Virus record (IMG/VR): IMGVR_UViG_3300049048_000052
Span: 62,001-126,000 of that record
Direction: 5' to 3' (one strand)
Length of the DNA: 64,000 nt
The position numbers and the translations under genes were made by a program. The notes beneath the pieces are model-generated. The model had not been told where the DNA came from, searched no databases, and worked only from the letters and a program-made list of their open reading frames with translations. Positions 38,120 to 47,385 of this stretch are shown here, piece by piece; position 1 is the stretch's first letter, and each line of letters begins with the position of its first letter.

Positions 38120-38471
38120 AGTATATGCCTGTTATGGACTCACTAGAGACTGTATCGGTGAGTTTGAATCCATAGAGATAAGTATAGTAGATCCTACCTG
38201 TTGGATGAGTACTGAGGATGAAAGGGTACCTAAGTTCTATGGAACAGGATTACCTGTTACTACCTGGAAAGCCAACAATGGAACTCTAAGGCCTATCCTT
38301 ACTGATGTGGATTACATAATGATCCATGTTAGTGAAGAAAGTTTAGGTGACTTTGAGTTAAGAGTAATACCTATAGAAATGTTCCTAGATATAAAGAAGG
38401 AATGTAAGGTAAAGAGTGCTAAAGGTGAGGGCGCCATAACGTTCAAGATGCGTACAGAAACAAACAGCTGA
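38109..38471 (+). CDS. hypothetical protein
   Basis: ORF track. Confidence 0.6.
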   Translation: MSHKVYACYGLTRDCIGEFESIEISIVDPTCWMSTEDERVPKFYGTGLPVTTWKANNGTLRPILTDVDYIMIHVSEESLGDFELRVIPIEMFLDIKKECKVKSAKGEGAITFKMRTETNS

Positions 38472-38489
38472 TTGATTTAGGAGAGTAGA

Positions 38490-38672
38490 ATGTATTGGAA
38501 TAATAGGAACTACAAGATCGCAATGGTATTACTTGTGTACGCTCTAGGCTTTTCCGTAGTAGTAGTACCTCACTTCTTTATGACAGGAACCTTTGACCTA
38601 ATTAGGTTTGTCAGATACACAATCCTTTATGCCCTTGGCGCAGTTTTAGGATGGTTATGGGAGAGCTCATGA
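38490..38672 (+). CDS. small two-TM membrane protein
   Basis: two hydrophobic segments. Confidence 0.55.
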   Translation: MYWNNRNYKIAMVLLVYALGFSVVVVPHFFMTGTFDLIRFVRYTILYALGAVLGWLWESS

Positions 38673-38971
38673 CAGTAACCCTTGTAATAATACTACTAGC
38701 CTCTGGAATTCTAGCCCTCTACTCCCTAGAGGCTAGGGCCACTGCCATCGACGCTCAGGTCACCTATGATGCTATCGTAGCTAACAAAGAGCCCACGCTT
38801 ATGCTCAATGAGATATCGGAGCTTACTGGTATGAGCATAAGAAGGACAGAGAAGGCAGTGGATCAGTTAGTGGAACATGGTTGGTTGAAGAGGAGTATCA
38901 ATGCTCCATTCCATAAGGAGGACTACCATTACTTCTGTGGCGACATTCTTTATTACTTACCTGGGAGGTAA
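38651..38971 (+). CDS. membrane-anchored winged-helix protein
   Basis: N-terminal TM; LNEISELTGMSIRRTEKAVDQLVEHGWL. Confidence 0.55.
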   Translation: MVMGELMTVTLVIILLASGILALYSLEARATAIDAQVTYDAIVANKEPTLMLNEISELTGMSIRRTEKAVDQLVEHGWLKRSINAPFHKEDYHYFCGDILYYLPGR

Positions 38972-39176
38972 AATGCAAGTTCAAGTATCCCTTTCTCTTC
39001 CTTTAATCATACCAATCCTCATAGCTGCCTTCTCTACAGGTATCAGTGCTGGTGTGATCATAAGCTGTTGGTTCTTAGATTCTAAATTACCTAAGGGCCC
39101 TCTAAGCTGGATATTCTACTCTGGCTTATTTGCAGCAGGCTCATTATCAAGCTTACTACTAATCCTTACCAGGTAG
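38901..39176 (+). CDS. small membrane protein
   Basis: hydrophobic; likely start MQVQV. Confidence 0.5.
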   Translation: MLHSIRRTTITSVATFFITYLGGKMQVQVSLSLPLIIPILIAAFSTGISAGVIISCWFLDSKLPKGPLSWIFYSGLFAAGSLSSLLLILTR

Positions 39177-39264
39177 TACTATAACAGTAGGGATAAACAA
39201 CCCTACTGTTATATCCACCAGAGTACCCTTGACATAGAGTTTAATATTTGATATCAATATGTAT

Positions 39265-39337
39265 AGGTAGCTGGTCCAATATAGGAACGGGCTGTCTCGA
39301 TAAGAGGCTATGCTAGGTTCGAATCCTAGGCTGCCTA
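39265..39337 (+). tRNA. degenerate tRNA-like gene (Ile GAU-like)
   Basis: AGGTAGC/GCTGCCT plus A; T arm CTAGG-TTCGAAT-CCTAG; bulged anticodon stem, C at position 33, aberrant D loop. Confidence 0.45.
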
Positions 39338-39356
39338 TTGGTAAATAGAATTAGTC

Positions 39357-39776
39357 ATGATAAATGTATTTAAGTATTCAGTTAAGGACAAGTCTTTAGT
39401 AAGAATAGGTAAGTTTGATAGTCTTAAGGTAAGGGATGTAAAGCAATCTCTTAGTCGTAGCAGCTATACAGAACTGAATCCACATATGGGAGATAGCCAT
39501 GATAACTATGGTGCGGAGATACAGGACCTAATCTACTTCAATTTGATATTGGGTGAATTATGGAACAACTATCTAGATAGAGAACATAGAGTTGTCATAC
39601 AGCTTATACCAGGAGAATATGATTACTGTACAAGGGACCATTTGGATAGAGTATATTATCTAGAGGTAGGTAAGGGTCCCTTCCAAAGAAGGATGACAGA
39701 TTGCATGAGCCTAAGGATAAGAGAGATTAAAGGACCTGCTAAAGGTCTACATACATCACTAGAGACAATCATATGA
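39357..39776 (+). CDS. hypothetical protein
   Basis: ORF track. Confidence 0.6.
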   Translation: MINVFKYSVKDKSLVRIGKFDSLKVRDVKQSLSRSSYTELNPHMGDSHDNYGAEIQDLIYFNLILGELWNNYLDREHRVVIQLIPGEYDYCTRDHLDRVYYLEVGKGPFQRRMTDCMSLRIREIKGPAKGLHTSLETII

Positions 39777-39926
39777 ATACTGATAAAGATAAGGAACAAG
39801 AGCAAGAGGCCCAAGAGGAATCCATGGAGTCTGTCCTACAAAGGATAGAGGCTATTAAGGATGCTCAAGAGAAAGGTCTAGTTCAAGGTTAAAGATTAGG
39901 GAGTTAATGATAACTCCCTTATACAT

Positions 39927-39986
39927 GCCGCTGGATATGGTCAGGGACCTGATCACCCCTTGAGGTTCGATTCCTCACAGTTGGCT
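39927..39986 (+). ncRNA. minimal tRNA-like RNA (acceptor, one hairpin, T arm)
   Basis: GCCGCTG/CAGTTGGC; TGAGG-TTCGATT-CCTCA; single GGTCAG/CTGATC hairpin. Confidence 0.45.
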
Positions 39987-40026
39987 TCAGGAGATAATAT
40001 ATATCTCCTATCTAAAGGGTATTAAT

Positions 40027-40140
40027 GAGGGGGCCACCCGACCCTAGGTTCGAATCCTAGTTACGCCATCCGGCTGCGTAATGGCTGAGTGGCTAAAAGC
40101 AGGTAGTAGGAAAATCCTACTCATCGTCGGGAGCCTCCTC
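40027..40140 (+). ncRNA. YrlA-like circularly permuted tRNA mimic
   Basis: GAGGGGGC..CCCGAC/GTCGGG..GCCTCCTC closing stem; T arm CTAGG-TTCGAAT-CCTAG; closed acceptor TTACGC-N9-GCGTAA; D arm TG-GCT-GAGTGGCTAAA-AGC. Confidence 0.75.
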
Positions 40141-40161
40141 TTCAATACCCTTTCTTATTGA

Positions 40162-40560
40162 TTGTCTTACCTAGTAGAGACAGTAATGTTTGAAGATACA
40201 GAAGTAATAATCTCCGAGGATATCTCTACGCCTACCAAGTTGGTGAAGGCTATTGAGAGAGTAATGGAATTAGATAATGATAGACAGGGTTATGACCATC
40301 AATATAACTTAGAGCGCTTCAGCGGTCGGATAGTAGGTAACGCTGCCTGTCTAATCATCATCTCAAGATTGGCTAATGATGTTAGTGCTAGTATAGCCCT
40401 AGAGCATAGGGTGGCTGAGGTGCTGAGAATGGATTGGAATAGACCCAAACACCTAGAGGTATATAGGAGTAAGGCTAACGAAGATATAGATCAACTGAGA
40501 ATGAAGTTAATCGTCTATACCTTCAATAGCTGTGGTGAGCCCCTAATTGATCTAGGTTAA
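40162..40560 (+). CDS. hypothetical protein
   Basis: ORF track; likely ATG start MFEDTE. Confidence 0.6.
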   Translation: MSYLVETVMFEDTEVIISEDISTPTKLVKAIERVMELDNDRQGYDHQYNLERFSGRIVGNAACLIIISRLANDVSASIALEHRVAEVLRMDWNRPKHLEVYRSKANEDIDQLRMKLIVYTFNSCGEPLIDLG

Positions 40561-40596
40561 TCGCCCACTGATAAATATTAAGTAAATCTTAAGATA

Positions 40597-40803
40597 GTGG
40601 TTAACCTAAAGGAGGTGATTACTATTTTAAGATTAACGCTAGTTTGGACATTCATCCTATCTGGCTGTGCTGAGCCTCGTGTACTCACTGTATATGAGAT
40701 GCAAGAAGGTACCTGCTATAGAGTAACTTATACGGTTAGATCTAGAAATGACTCAGTATTAACTGAGAGGGATCCAGTATCAAAGGAGATGTGTCGTGCG
40801 TAG
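40597..40803 (+). CDS. small lipoprotein
   Basis: lipobox ILSG|C after a hydrophobic stretch. Confidence 0.55.
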   Translation: MVNLKEVITILRLTLVWTFILSGCAEPRVLTVYEMQEGTCYRVTYTVRSRNDSVLTERDPVSKEMCRA

Positions 40804-40965
40804 AGCCCTGGTTATATCAGGTTGTTTAGGATTAACATTCCTCTTAGGGGGATGTGATAAGTATGAGTGGAGAAAGGTAGGTGACCGTACCCAATGTTAT
40901 CGGATAGGTATCATTGGGGAACCCACAACCGCACCTCATCAGATGTGTAGGGAGAAAGCAGGTAA

Positions 40966-41151
40966 ATGACGTTCGGTGATTTACACAAAGGAGCTATCTT
41001 CCTCTATGCCAACCTCAAACTAAGAAAGGTAGCAGAAGATAAGGGCGAGGTCCTAGAAGACTGTAATGGCTTTGAGGCGGGACAGTCCTTACCTATAGGG
41101 ACAGATGAGGAAGTAATGCCTCAGTATGATAGAGCCCTACGCCCATTCTAA
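40966..41151 (+). CDS. hypothetical protein
   Basis: MTFGDLHKGAIF motif. Confidence 0.55.
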   Translation: MTFGDLHKGAIFLYANLKLRKVAEDKGEVLEDCNGFEAGQSLPIGTDEEVMPQYDRALRPF

Positions 41152-41718
41152 CTATTGACTTCATTGATTTACCCTATTGATTGTTTACCTCATAGGATAA
41201 ACACAGTGCGTAGATCAAAGAAACTAGCCAAGGCCCTCGCTAATCGTCAAGCAGCATTCGATATCTATGCTGCATCGGCAGGTCAACGAGGTCCGGCTTG
41301 GAATGCATACCCAGGTGGATTCACCCGTCCGGGTTCAAATAAGAAGGGCTTCCGTTAATGAGGGATGTTCTGTTAACTATACTTAACATGCTGGTGGGTA
41401 TAGGCCTATTTATCCTAGCTATCTGGGTATTAGGTCCTTTAACTCATTAGTTATTTGTAGCTCATTTATAACCCCAAGGAGGGTAGAGCTATGACCCAGA
41501 TCATCGATCCGTTTGCCAAGGCCTTCTTTATCATAATCGTAGGATTGATCGTATTAGTCATAAGGCTAATAGTGATGACATTCACGCACAGGCCTAGGTA
41601 GTCCTTAGAAAGGAGGAGGGTTAATCTCCTCCTTTTATTATGTTGCCCACTAGATTACAGATCCTAGATATGTTAATAACTACTAGGAAACATCCGGTTG
41701 TAATAAAGGTGAGGGGAT

Positions 41719-41943
41719 ATGGTATTGGCAATTAGAAGATTCCTGTTCCATAACAACGGGGTCGCTGCGGATAGCTACACAGAGGATCAATGTGTAGCTA
41801 TGAGAAAAGAGCTAAATGATATAGGGGCCGGGTTGCCTATTAGTACATCAGATAAGGTGGTAGCAACTACCTACCGCAACCTGATGCAAGAGGAAGAGGA
41901 TGAAGGGTACTGTTATCCTTCATCTAGAGATTACGAAGGTTAG
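41719..41943 (+). CDS. hypothetical protein
   Basis: GAGGGG RBS. Confidence 0.55.
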   Translation: MVLAIRRFLFHNNGVAADSYTEDQCVAMRKELNDIGAGLPISTSDKVVATTYRNLMQEEEDEGYCYPSSRDYEG

Positions 41944-41981
41944 ATAAATAAGTATTGGGGATATCCCCAATACTCTTACTT

Positions 41982-42146
41982 GCCTGGTATGCACTAAGGT
42001 AGTGCGATTAGACCACATATGTTTGGGCTCATAGTTCAATGGATAGAATGATTCCCTCCTAAGGATTAGATCTAGGTTCGATTCCTAGTGGGCCTGCTTT
42101 TTATATGGTGGTTTAGTTATAGTGGGTTCGATTCCCACACCAGGCG
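41982..42146 (+). ncRNA. outer tRNA shell enclosing tRNA-Arg(CCU)
   Basis: acceptor GCCTGGT/ACCAGGC plus G; D arm GCAC-TAAGGTA-GTGC; extended stem ATTAGACCAC-ATAT/ATAT-G-GTGGTTTAGT; T arm GTGGG-TTCGATT-CCCAC. Confidence 0.8.
42025..42096 (+). tRNA. trnR: tRNA-Arg(CCU)
   Basis: GGGCTCA/TGGGCCT plus G; D loop AATGGATA (A20); loop CT-CCT-AA; T arm CTAGG-TTCGATT-CCTAG. Confidence 0.88.
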
Positions 42147-42167
42147 TTAGTTAATTAGGGATAATGT

Positions 42168-42575
42168 ATGATTGGTGGGTTAATAGGGACCCTAGTAGTC
42201 TATGCATTACTAGGTATTAGTATCATGGCCTTTGTGTCTGACGAAGTGGGAATTGAGGAGGGTATCTTTGTAGCAAAGGTGTACTTCTCCCCATTCTTCC
42301 TTATCTTCTTACTTATAACAGAGCTAAGCCTATTAGCCTTTAGATTTACGAGGATGTCCCGCAGAATCAAGGCTAAGGCAAAATGTGATGCTACAAATAG
42401 GTTGGCTGGATTAGAAGGGCTGGATATTTCTCATCTTCTAATAGAGATACCTGAGAACTGTAATCTGGAGTTTGTAGAGAATCCAGTACAGAGATTCCTG
42501 TGGTTCGAGACCTATAAGAGAGAATACAATAATACTCTCAGGGTTATGTCCGATGAGTCATGGTTAAATAGATAG
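42168..42575 (+). CDS. membrane protein (paralog of next gene)
   Basis: two TM segments; LEFVENPVQRFLWFETYKREYN. Confidence 0.65.
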   Translation: MIGGLIGTLVVYALLGISIMAFVSDEVGIEEGIFVAKVYFSPFFLIFLLITELSLLAFRFTRMSRRIKAKAKCDATNRLAGLEGLDISHLLIEIPENCNLEFVENPVQRFLWFETYKREYNNTLRVMSDESWLNR

Positions 42576-42585
42576 TTGGGACAAT

Positions 42586-43038
42586 ATGTTTGAATTAATA
42601 CTGACCCTTGTTATGCTGCAATGCTTTGCAGTACTTATATTCGCAGCCTTTGGTTGGATTTTAGGAGGGGCAGGAGGTGCTGCCTATGGTGTTGCCTCAA
42701 GTCTAATGCCTGCCGTATTTGTAATACATTTACCTAGTCTATTGGCTAAAGAGATAGCCCTCATATGCTTCCAGGGAACAAGGGACTATGAGATGTTAGC
42801 TCATAGGGCGCAATTAGATATAGAGCAGGACCTAGAAGTAGTACAGAAGAATCCTAGGGTGGGTAGGTTAGTAAATACTACCAGGGACTGTAAGATAGAT
42901 TGGATAGAGGATCCCCTAACTAGATTTTTATGGTTAGAGTCCTACAAGAGAATCTATAATCCCCCTATGAAAAAGCTCTTAGATGAGATAGATAGGAAGA
43001 AGATTACAGACAGAAAAGTAGACTGGTTATCTAGGTAG
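42586..43038 (+). CDS. membrane protein (paralog of previous gene)
   Basis: two TM segments; IDWIEDPLTRFLWLESYKRIYN. Confidence 0.65.
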   Translation: MFELILTLVMLQCFAVLIFAAFGWILGGAGGAAYGVASSLMPAVFVIHLPSLLAKEIALICFQGTRDYEMLAHRAQLDIEQDLEVVQKNPRVGRLVNTTRDCKIDWIEDPLTRFLWLESYKRIYNPPMKKLLDEIDRKKITDRKVDWLSR

Positions 43039-43073
43039 TTTAAAGGGCGCACCTAAAGACCGCTTAGGTTGAT

Positions 43074-43292
43074 ATGCTTTTGGAAAAGTTACGAGGTACG
43101 GTTATGGGACAAGAGAAGAGACCTAACATATTTGATGTGGCCAAGAGGGTTGAGGAGGAGGATCTAGTATCCTTTAGTGATCTAATAGAGGCAGTGGATG
43201 GTCCAGAGGCATTTACCCCTGAAGGCTACGAGGCTGTAGAATCATTATTGGAGCGCAACCTCAGTGGTAAGGCCCCTCGTCATATAGCCTAA
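43074..43292 (+). CDS. hypothetical protein
   Basis: ORF track. Confidence 0.55.
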   Translation: MLLEKLRGTVMGQEKRPNIFDVAKRVEEEDLVSFSDLIEAVDGPEAFTPEGYEAVESLLERNLSGKAPRHIA

Positions 43293-43331
43293 CTAATATT
43301 ATTGATTGCTTAGTCCGATAAAAGGTTTGTA

Positions 43332-43628
43332 ATGGACATCAGCAACAACAGCTCCTTCAAAATATTCATCAGTGATGAAGATAAGTTCAAGAGCACATAT
43401 CCTAAAGTAGGTATGGCATCCCAAGGACTTGTAGATATCTCTGAGCAGGATATGTCTACTTATGCATTTGTACATTGTGCGGTATATGAGGACGATCCTT
43501 ATACGTTCGTAGTATTGTACTCAGGTATAGGGGACAACAATAATAATATATTAATAGGTCTTACCTACTCTCCAGATGGGACTCTAACTGAGGCCGCAAT
43601 GGAAGTAGTAATAGACTGGGAACTCTAA
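43332..43628 (+). CDS. hypothetical acidic protein
   Basis: ORF track. Confidence 0.6.
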   Translation: MDISNNSSFKIFISDEDKFKSTYPKVGMASQGLVDISEQDMSTYAFVHCAVYEDDPYTFVVLYSGIGDNNNNILIGLTYSPDGTLTEAAMEVVIDWEL

Positions 43629-43665
43629 GGTTCCACTTATTGATTGACCTCACTAATTAAAGGTT

Positions 43666-43926
43666 ATGGAATTAAACCAGAAAGTCCTAGATCAAATGAG
43701 AAGCGATCTAGAGAGCTGTAAGCGGTGTGTAGAAATGCCATCAGCTTCACAGGTGCTGACCCTAATGAGTCATATGGAAGCACTCTTAGACTTTGCAGGA
43801 CCTGCGTTAGAGTTGGTAGTCCATACAGGCTTAGGGCCGTTTATGTTAAAGGTTCCTTATATACCTAAGACATATCCTATGCCTCATGGTAATAACTCGC
43901 ATGTGACTGACCTACCTACTGGGTAA
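43666..43926 (+). CDS. hypothetical protein
   Basis: ORF track. Confidence 0.55.
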   Translation: MELNQKVLDQMRSDLESCKRCVEMPSASQVLTLMSHMEALLDFAGPALELVVHTGLGPFMLKVPYIPKTYPMPHGNNSHVTDLPTG

Positions 43927-43959
43927 GATTGATTGCCTAGTATCAGATAGGTTACGAGT

Positions 43960-44670
43960 ATGGCAGTATATGACGGTTGCACCATATTAAATCCTAAAGG
44001 GGAGTTTCTAACATGGTGCGCCTCCAAAAAAGCAAGATGGTATCTCAATAAGGGTAGGGCTAAACTAGTAGACCAGGATAAGGATGGAAGGCTAACTATA
44101 CAGTTAGAGTTTGAACCTAAGGGACCTGGTGTAATAGATAACCCCTACTACAGAGAACCAAAAGAGAATAAGTGTGTAGTCTGTGGGACCACTGATGATT
44201 TAACAAGACATCATGTGGTCCCTCGTTGTTATAGGAAACATTTCCCTAATGATGTTAAGTCTTTTGCTTCTCATGATGTGTTGGCGGTATGTCATGAATG
44301 TCATGAGAAGTATGAGGCTAGTGCAGACCTATTCAAGGTAGAGCTATTAGCTGAGGTAGATATTAAAGAGGAGGATATCCTAAGGATTAATAGTCTGATA
44401 AAGGCGGCATCCTCCTATCTATCTACCAACATTAGGAGCCGTAAGGGTAGTGCTAACTTCAATAGATTAAAGGAGTACTTTGGCACCTCAAATTTCAATA
44501 GGTCAGATCTAGAGGAACTAGCTAACCTTAAGATAGATAAGCATAGTTATGTTGTATCTAACATAGAGAGTGTTGAACACTTCTGTCAGAGGTGGAGGGA
44601 ACACTTTGTTAAGTATGCTAAACCCCAGTACCTACCTAAGTACTGGACTGTTGAGGGTACATGGTGCTAA
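43960..44670 (+). CDS. HNH-like nuclease resembling the EXD2 C-terminal domain
   Basis: YDGC.IL.P.GE.L..C..KKA.WYL.KG; YY..PKEN.CVVCG; RHHVVP..YRKHFP..K...SHDVL..CH.CH. Confidence 0.75.
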   Translation: MAVYDGCTILNPKGEFLTWCASKKARWYLNKGRAKLVDQDKDGRLTIQLEFEPKGPGVIDNPYYREPKENKCVVCGTTDDLTRHHVVPRCYRKHFPNDVKSFASHDVLAVCHECHEKYEASADLFKVELLAEVDIKEEDILRINSLIKAASSYLSTNIRSRKGSANFNRLKEYFGTSNFNRSDLEELANLKIDKHSYVVSNIESVEHFCQRWREHFVKYAKPQYLPKYWTVEGTWC

Positions 44671-44732
44671 CTATAAGAGACTCTATTTAAGAGTGTAGAC
44701 TCATTCTCATATTATTAGATTAGGGGGAACTT

Positions 44733-44948
44733 ATGTCTCATGGAGTCTTAGATAGAAGTTTCATTCTGCCATCAGGCAGAAGTGTGGGTCAGGTAGAGGA
44801 TGAGGTAGTCCTAGGTTTAATGCATGAGGACTGCCCTATTACACATCAGCAGTGTGCTGATCCCTGCCTCTTTGGTATGCTCATGAGTATCGATCTAGGT
44901 GAGCTAATTGGTACTCTAATGCTTGCTGTTTTCTTTACCAGTGATTAG
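44733..44948 (+). CDS. hypothetical protein
   Basis: ORF track. Confidence 0.5.
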   Translation: MSHGVLDRSFILPSGRSVGQVEDEVVLGLMHEDCPITHQQCADPCLFGMLMSIDLGELIGTLMLAVFFTSD

Positions 44949-45037
44949 ATATTCTTATCTAGTTAAATAAGATGGACTTTGATGGGCACTTTCACTAAGG
45001 AGGTGCCCATTATTGTTATCACTTGTTAATTTAATCT

Positions 45038-45538
45038 TTGAGGACCATGAATAAGATTGATGCCCTAAGAGGGTTAGCCGATAAGTTGAGGGATCCTAGT
45101 ACCTATTACTATTGGAACCATGCCTCTACTTGCAACTGTGGCCTCTTAGCCCAGGTGACTAGTGGTGTCACAGAGAAAGAACTCTTAGATAACCCTTATA
45201 TTAAGAGGACCTGGAATTCTGTTCTGAATTGTTATGATGCAGCGCTTTGTCGTATCACTAATATACGGTTAGCCGTAATAGTTGAATCTCTACTTAATAC
45301 GGGCTTCACTCATGATGAGATCCGGGGCCTAGAATACATCAATCATTGCAAGATCATTAACTATATGAAGTCAAGGCATATGCCTTATCAGCCTAGTAAG
45401 GAGAATAGGTGGGCCGCGCTCTCATATGTTGAGGCATGGATTGAGTATGAAGAGGAGCAGGCAGTCCAACAATTGTCTAGCTCCCTGGTTAAGGTTAAAC
45501 CTAAACAAATGGTAGGAGTCGGCTGTGGGATTAACTAA
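45038..45538 (+). CDS. Cys-motif protein (tandem paralog 1)
   Basis: YYYW...CNCGLLAQV. Confidence 0.65.
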   Translation: MRTMNKIDALRGLADKLRDPSTYYYWNHASTCNCGLLAQVTSGVTEKELLDNPYIKRTWNSVLNCYDAALCRITNIRLAVIVESLLNTGFTHDEIRGLEYINHCKIINYMKSRHMPYQPSKENRWAALSYVEAWIEYEEEQAVQQLSSSLVKVKPKQMVGVGCGIN

Positions 45539-46022
45539 AATCAAGGCTCTAAAAGGTCTTGAGGCTAAACTAGCAGATTCCTCTGTGTATTACCAGTGGA
45601 GTGAGGCATTTGCCTGCAACTGTGGGCTGTTAGCTCAAGTGGTTAATAATGTGACAGACAATGAGTTAGCAGATGTAGCCTGGATATCTGGCCCCTGGGA
45701 AGATATTCTAAATGACTATGACAACCCCTCGTTAGGGGACGTTGTATGTCCAGTCACAGGCTTAACCTGGCGTAAGGTTGTAGAGTCCTTATGGAACTTA
45801 GGGTTTACAGACTCTGAGATAAAAGGCTTAGAGATGCTTAACCAAAGAAGTATCCTGGAAAGACTAAAGACTAAGGGACATGAGAACCTCACTCGTAACC
45901 ACAGAGGACATGTGTTACTCTATGTACAAACCTGGATTGAACTTGAGGAGGAGGCAGTTATAGAAGTGGCACTCCGTCAACTCTGGCTAAGCAAGTCTGA
46001 ACCAGGGCTACCAGTATTCTAA
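45525..46022 (+). CDS. Cys-motif protein (tandem paralog 2)
   Basis: YYQW...CNCGLLAQV. Confidence 0.65.
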   Translation: MGLTKIKALKGLEAKLADSSVYYQWSEAFACNCGLLAQVVNNVTDNELADVAWISGPWEDILNDYDNPSLGDVVCPVTGLTWRKVVESLWNLGFTDSEIKGLEMLNQRSILERLKTKGHENLTRNHRGHVLLYVQTWIELEEEAVIEVALRQLWLSKSEPGLPVF

Positions 46023-46107
46023 CTTAGGTTAGATTATGGTTAGTCCAGTCTGTCTCCCTTACTGTTCTAACCATCAATAAGGGGGACACTTAGCTCTCCT
46101 CGGAGAG

Positions 46108-46605
46108 ATGTCGAATTCAGCTAATAAAGGAATGTTAGAAACTTTAACTCTACTTGGAATGATTGCATCCGTCTCTATCCATGATGCGGATATACCTCAT
46201 GTTAAACCTGAGCCTCTCAAGGTAACCTATGTTACTAAGCAGGTAACCAGTTATAGATCCATAGGATGTGCTGATGTCTCATGGTATGGTCCTGGGTTTA
46301 ATGGTAATACAACTGCAAACGGTGAAGTCTTTAATCAGGATGGCATCAGTGCAGCCCATAAAGACTTGCCCTTTGGTACTATGCTCAGGGTTACCAACCA
46401 GGAGAATGGTCGCAGTGTAATAGTCAGGATCAATGATAGAGGTCCTTATGCTCCAGGTCGATTTGTTGACCTAAGCAAAGGTGCGGCAGAGGTTATTGGA
46501 AGCACTCATAGAGGTGTAGTCTATGGTTGTGCTGATATAGTAGAGAAGAGATGGGTGACTATACCCAGGTTACCAGGCACTGTAATTGCAGAGTCTGGAT
46601 TATAG
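46108..46605 (+). CDS. rlpA: RlpA-like lytic transglycosylase (DPBB)
   Basis: SWYGPGFNG..TANGE.F..AAHK.LPFGT..V.V.INDRGPY..R.VDLS. Confidence 0.92.
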   Translation: MSNSANKGMLETLTLLGMIASVSIHDADIPHVKPEPLKVTYVTKQVTSYRSIGCADVSWYGPGFNGNTTANGEVFNQDGISAAHKDLPFGTMLRVTNQENGRSVIVRINDRGPYAPGRFVDLSKGAAEVIGSTHRGVVYGCADIVEKRWVTIPRLPGTVIAESGL

Positions 46606-46644
46606 AGTAAATTGGAGAGGGTCCTTAATGGACCCTCTAATAAT

Positions 46645-47385
46645 ATGAAGATATTAATAGTAAGTGATATACACTTTGAACGACATGACTACCCTAAGAC
46701 CTTCATAGATAGATTACCTGAGGCTGATGTACTTATAGTAGCTGGGGATATGATTCCCTTTACTGATTATAATTATCGGAACGTAGTGTACAGCCTATCC
46801 AACAAGTATGATGACTTCATACATATAGCAGGTAATCATGAGTTCTATGGTAATGGGATAAAAGAGGGCACCCTTATAGCTAGAGAGGAAGAACATAAAC
46901 AATATAGCTATGTTTACCTAGATAACCAGGTAACTACTGTAGGTGATACAGACCTTATAAGTATTGCTGGCTCTACCACCTGGTTCCCTTGGGTACCTGA
47001 GGTAGATACAGAACGCATATACCTTAATGACTACAACTATATAAAAGAGTTCAAGAAGGACCCTAAGGTGCCCCATGAGTTAAATCAGAAGGCCATAGAG
47101 TTCTGGTGTAACGTAAATGCTGACATATGGGTGATGCACCATTTACCCAGTAAGCAATCAGTACACCCTAAGTATGAGGGTGATGCCTTCAACTGCTTCT
47201 TCCTATCTGATATGGAGGAAGTAATAAGAGAGAGGCAACCTAAGCTAGTTATACATGGGCATACACATGATAGCTTTGATTACCATATAGGTGAGACAAG
47301 GGTTATCTGTAATCCCTATGGTTATGACACATGGAACCATAAGCAATTAAATAAGAACTTTAAACATTTAATCGTGGAGATATAA
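46645..47385 (+). CDS. calcineurin-like metallophosphoesterase
   Basis: SDIH, AGD, GNHE, MHH, HGHTH. Confidence 0.9.
   Translation: MKILIVSDIHFERHDYPKTFIDRLPEADVLIVAGDMIPFTDYNYRNVVYSLSNKYDDFIHIAGNHEFYGNGIKEGTLIAREEEHKQYSYVYLDNQVTTVGDTDLISIAGSTTWFPWVPEVDTERIYLNDYNYIKEFKKDPKVPHELNQKAIEFWCNVNADIWVMHHLPSKQSVHPKYEGDAFNCFFLSDMEEVIRERQPKLVIHGHTHDSFDYHIGETRVICNPYGYDTWNHKQLNKNFKHLIVEI

Noticed and set aside
40804-40965. Possible ncRNA with CCCAATG/CATTGGG stem
   Set aside because: Only one convincing helix and no recognisable motif; insufficient support
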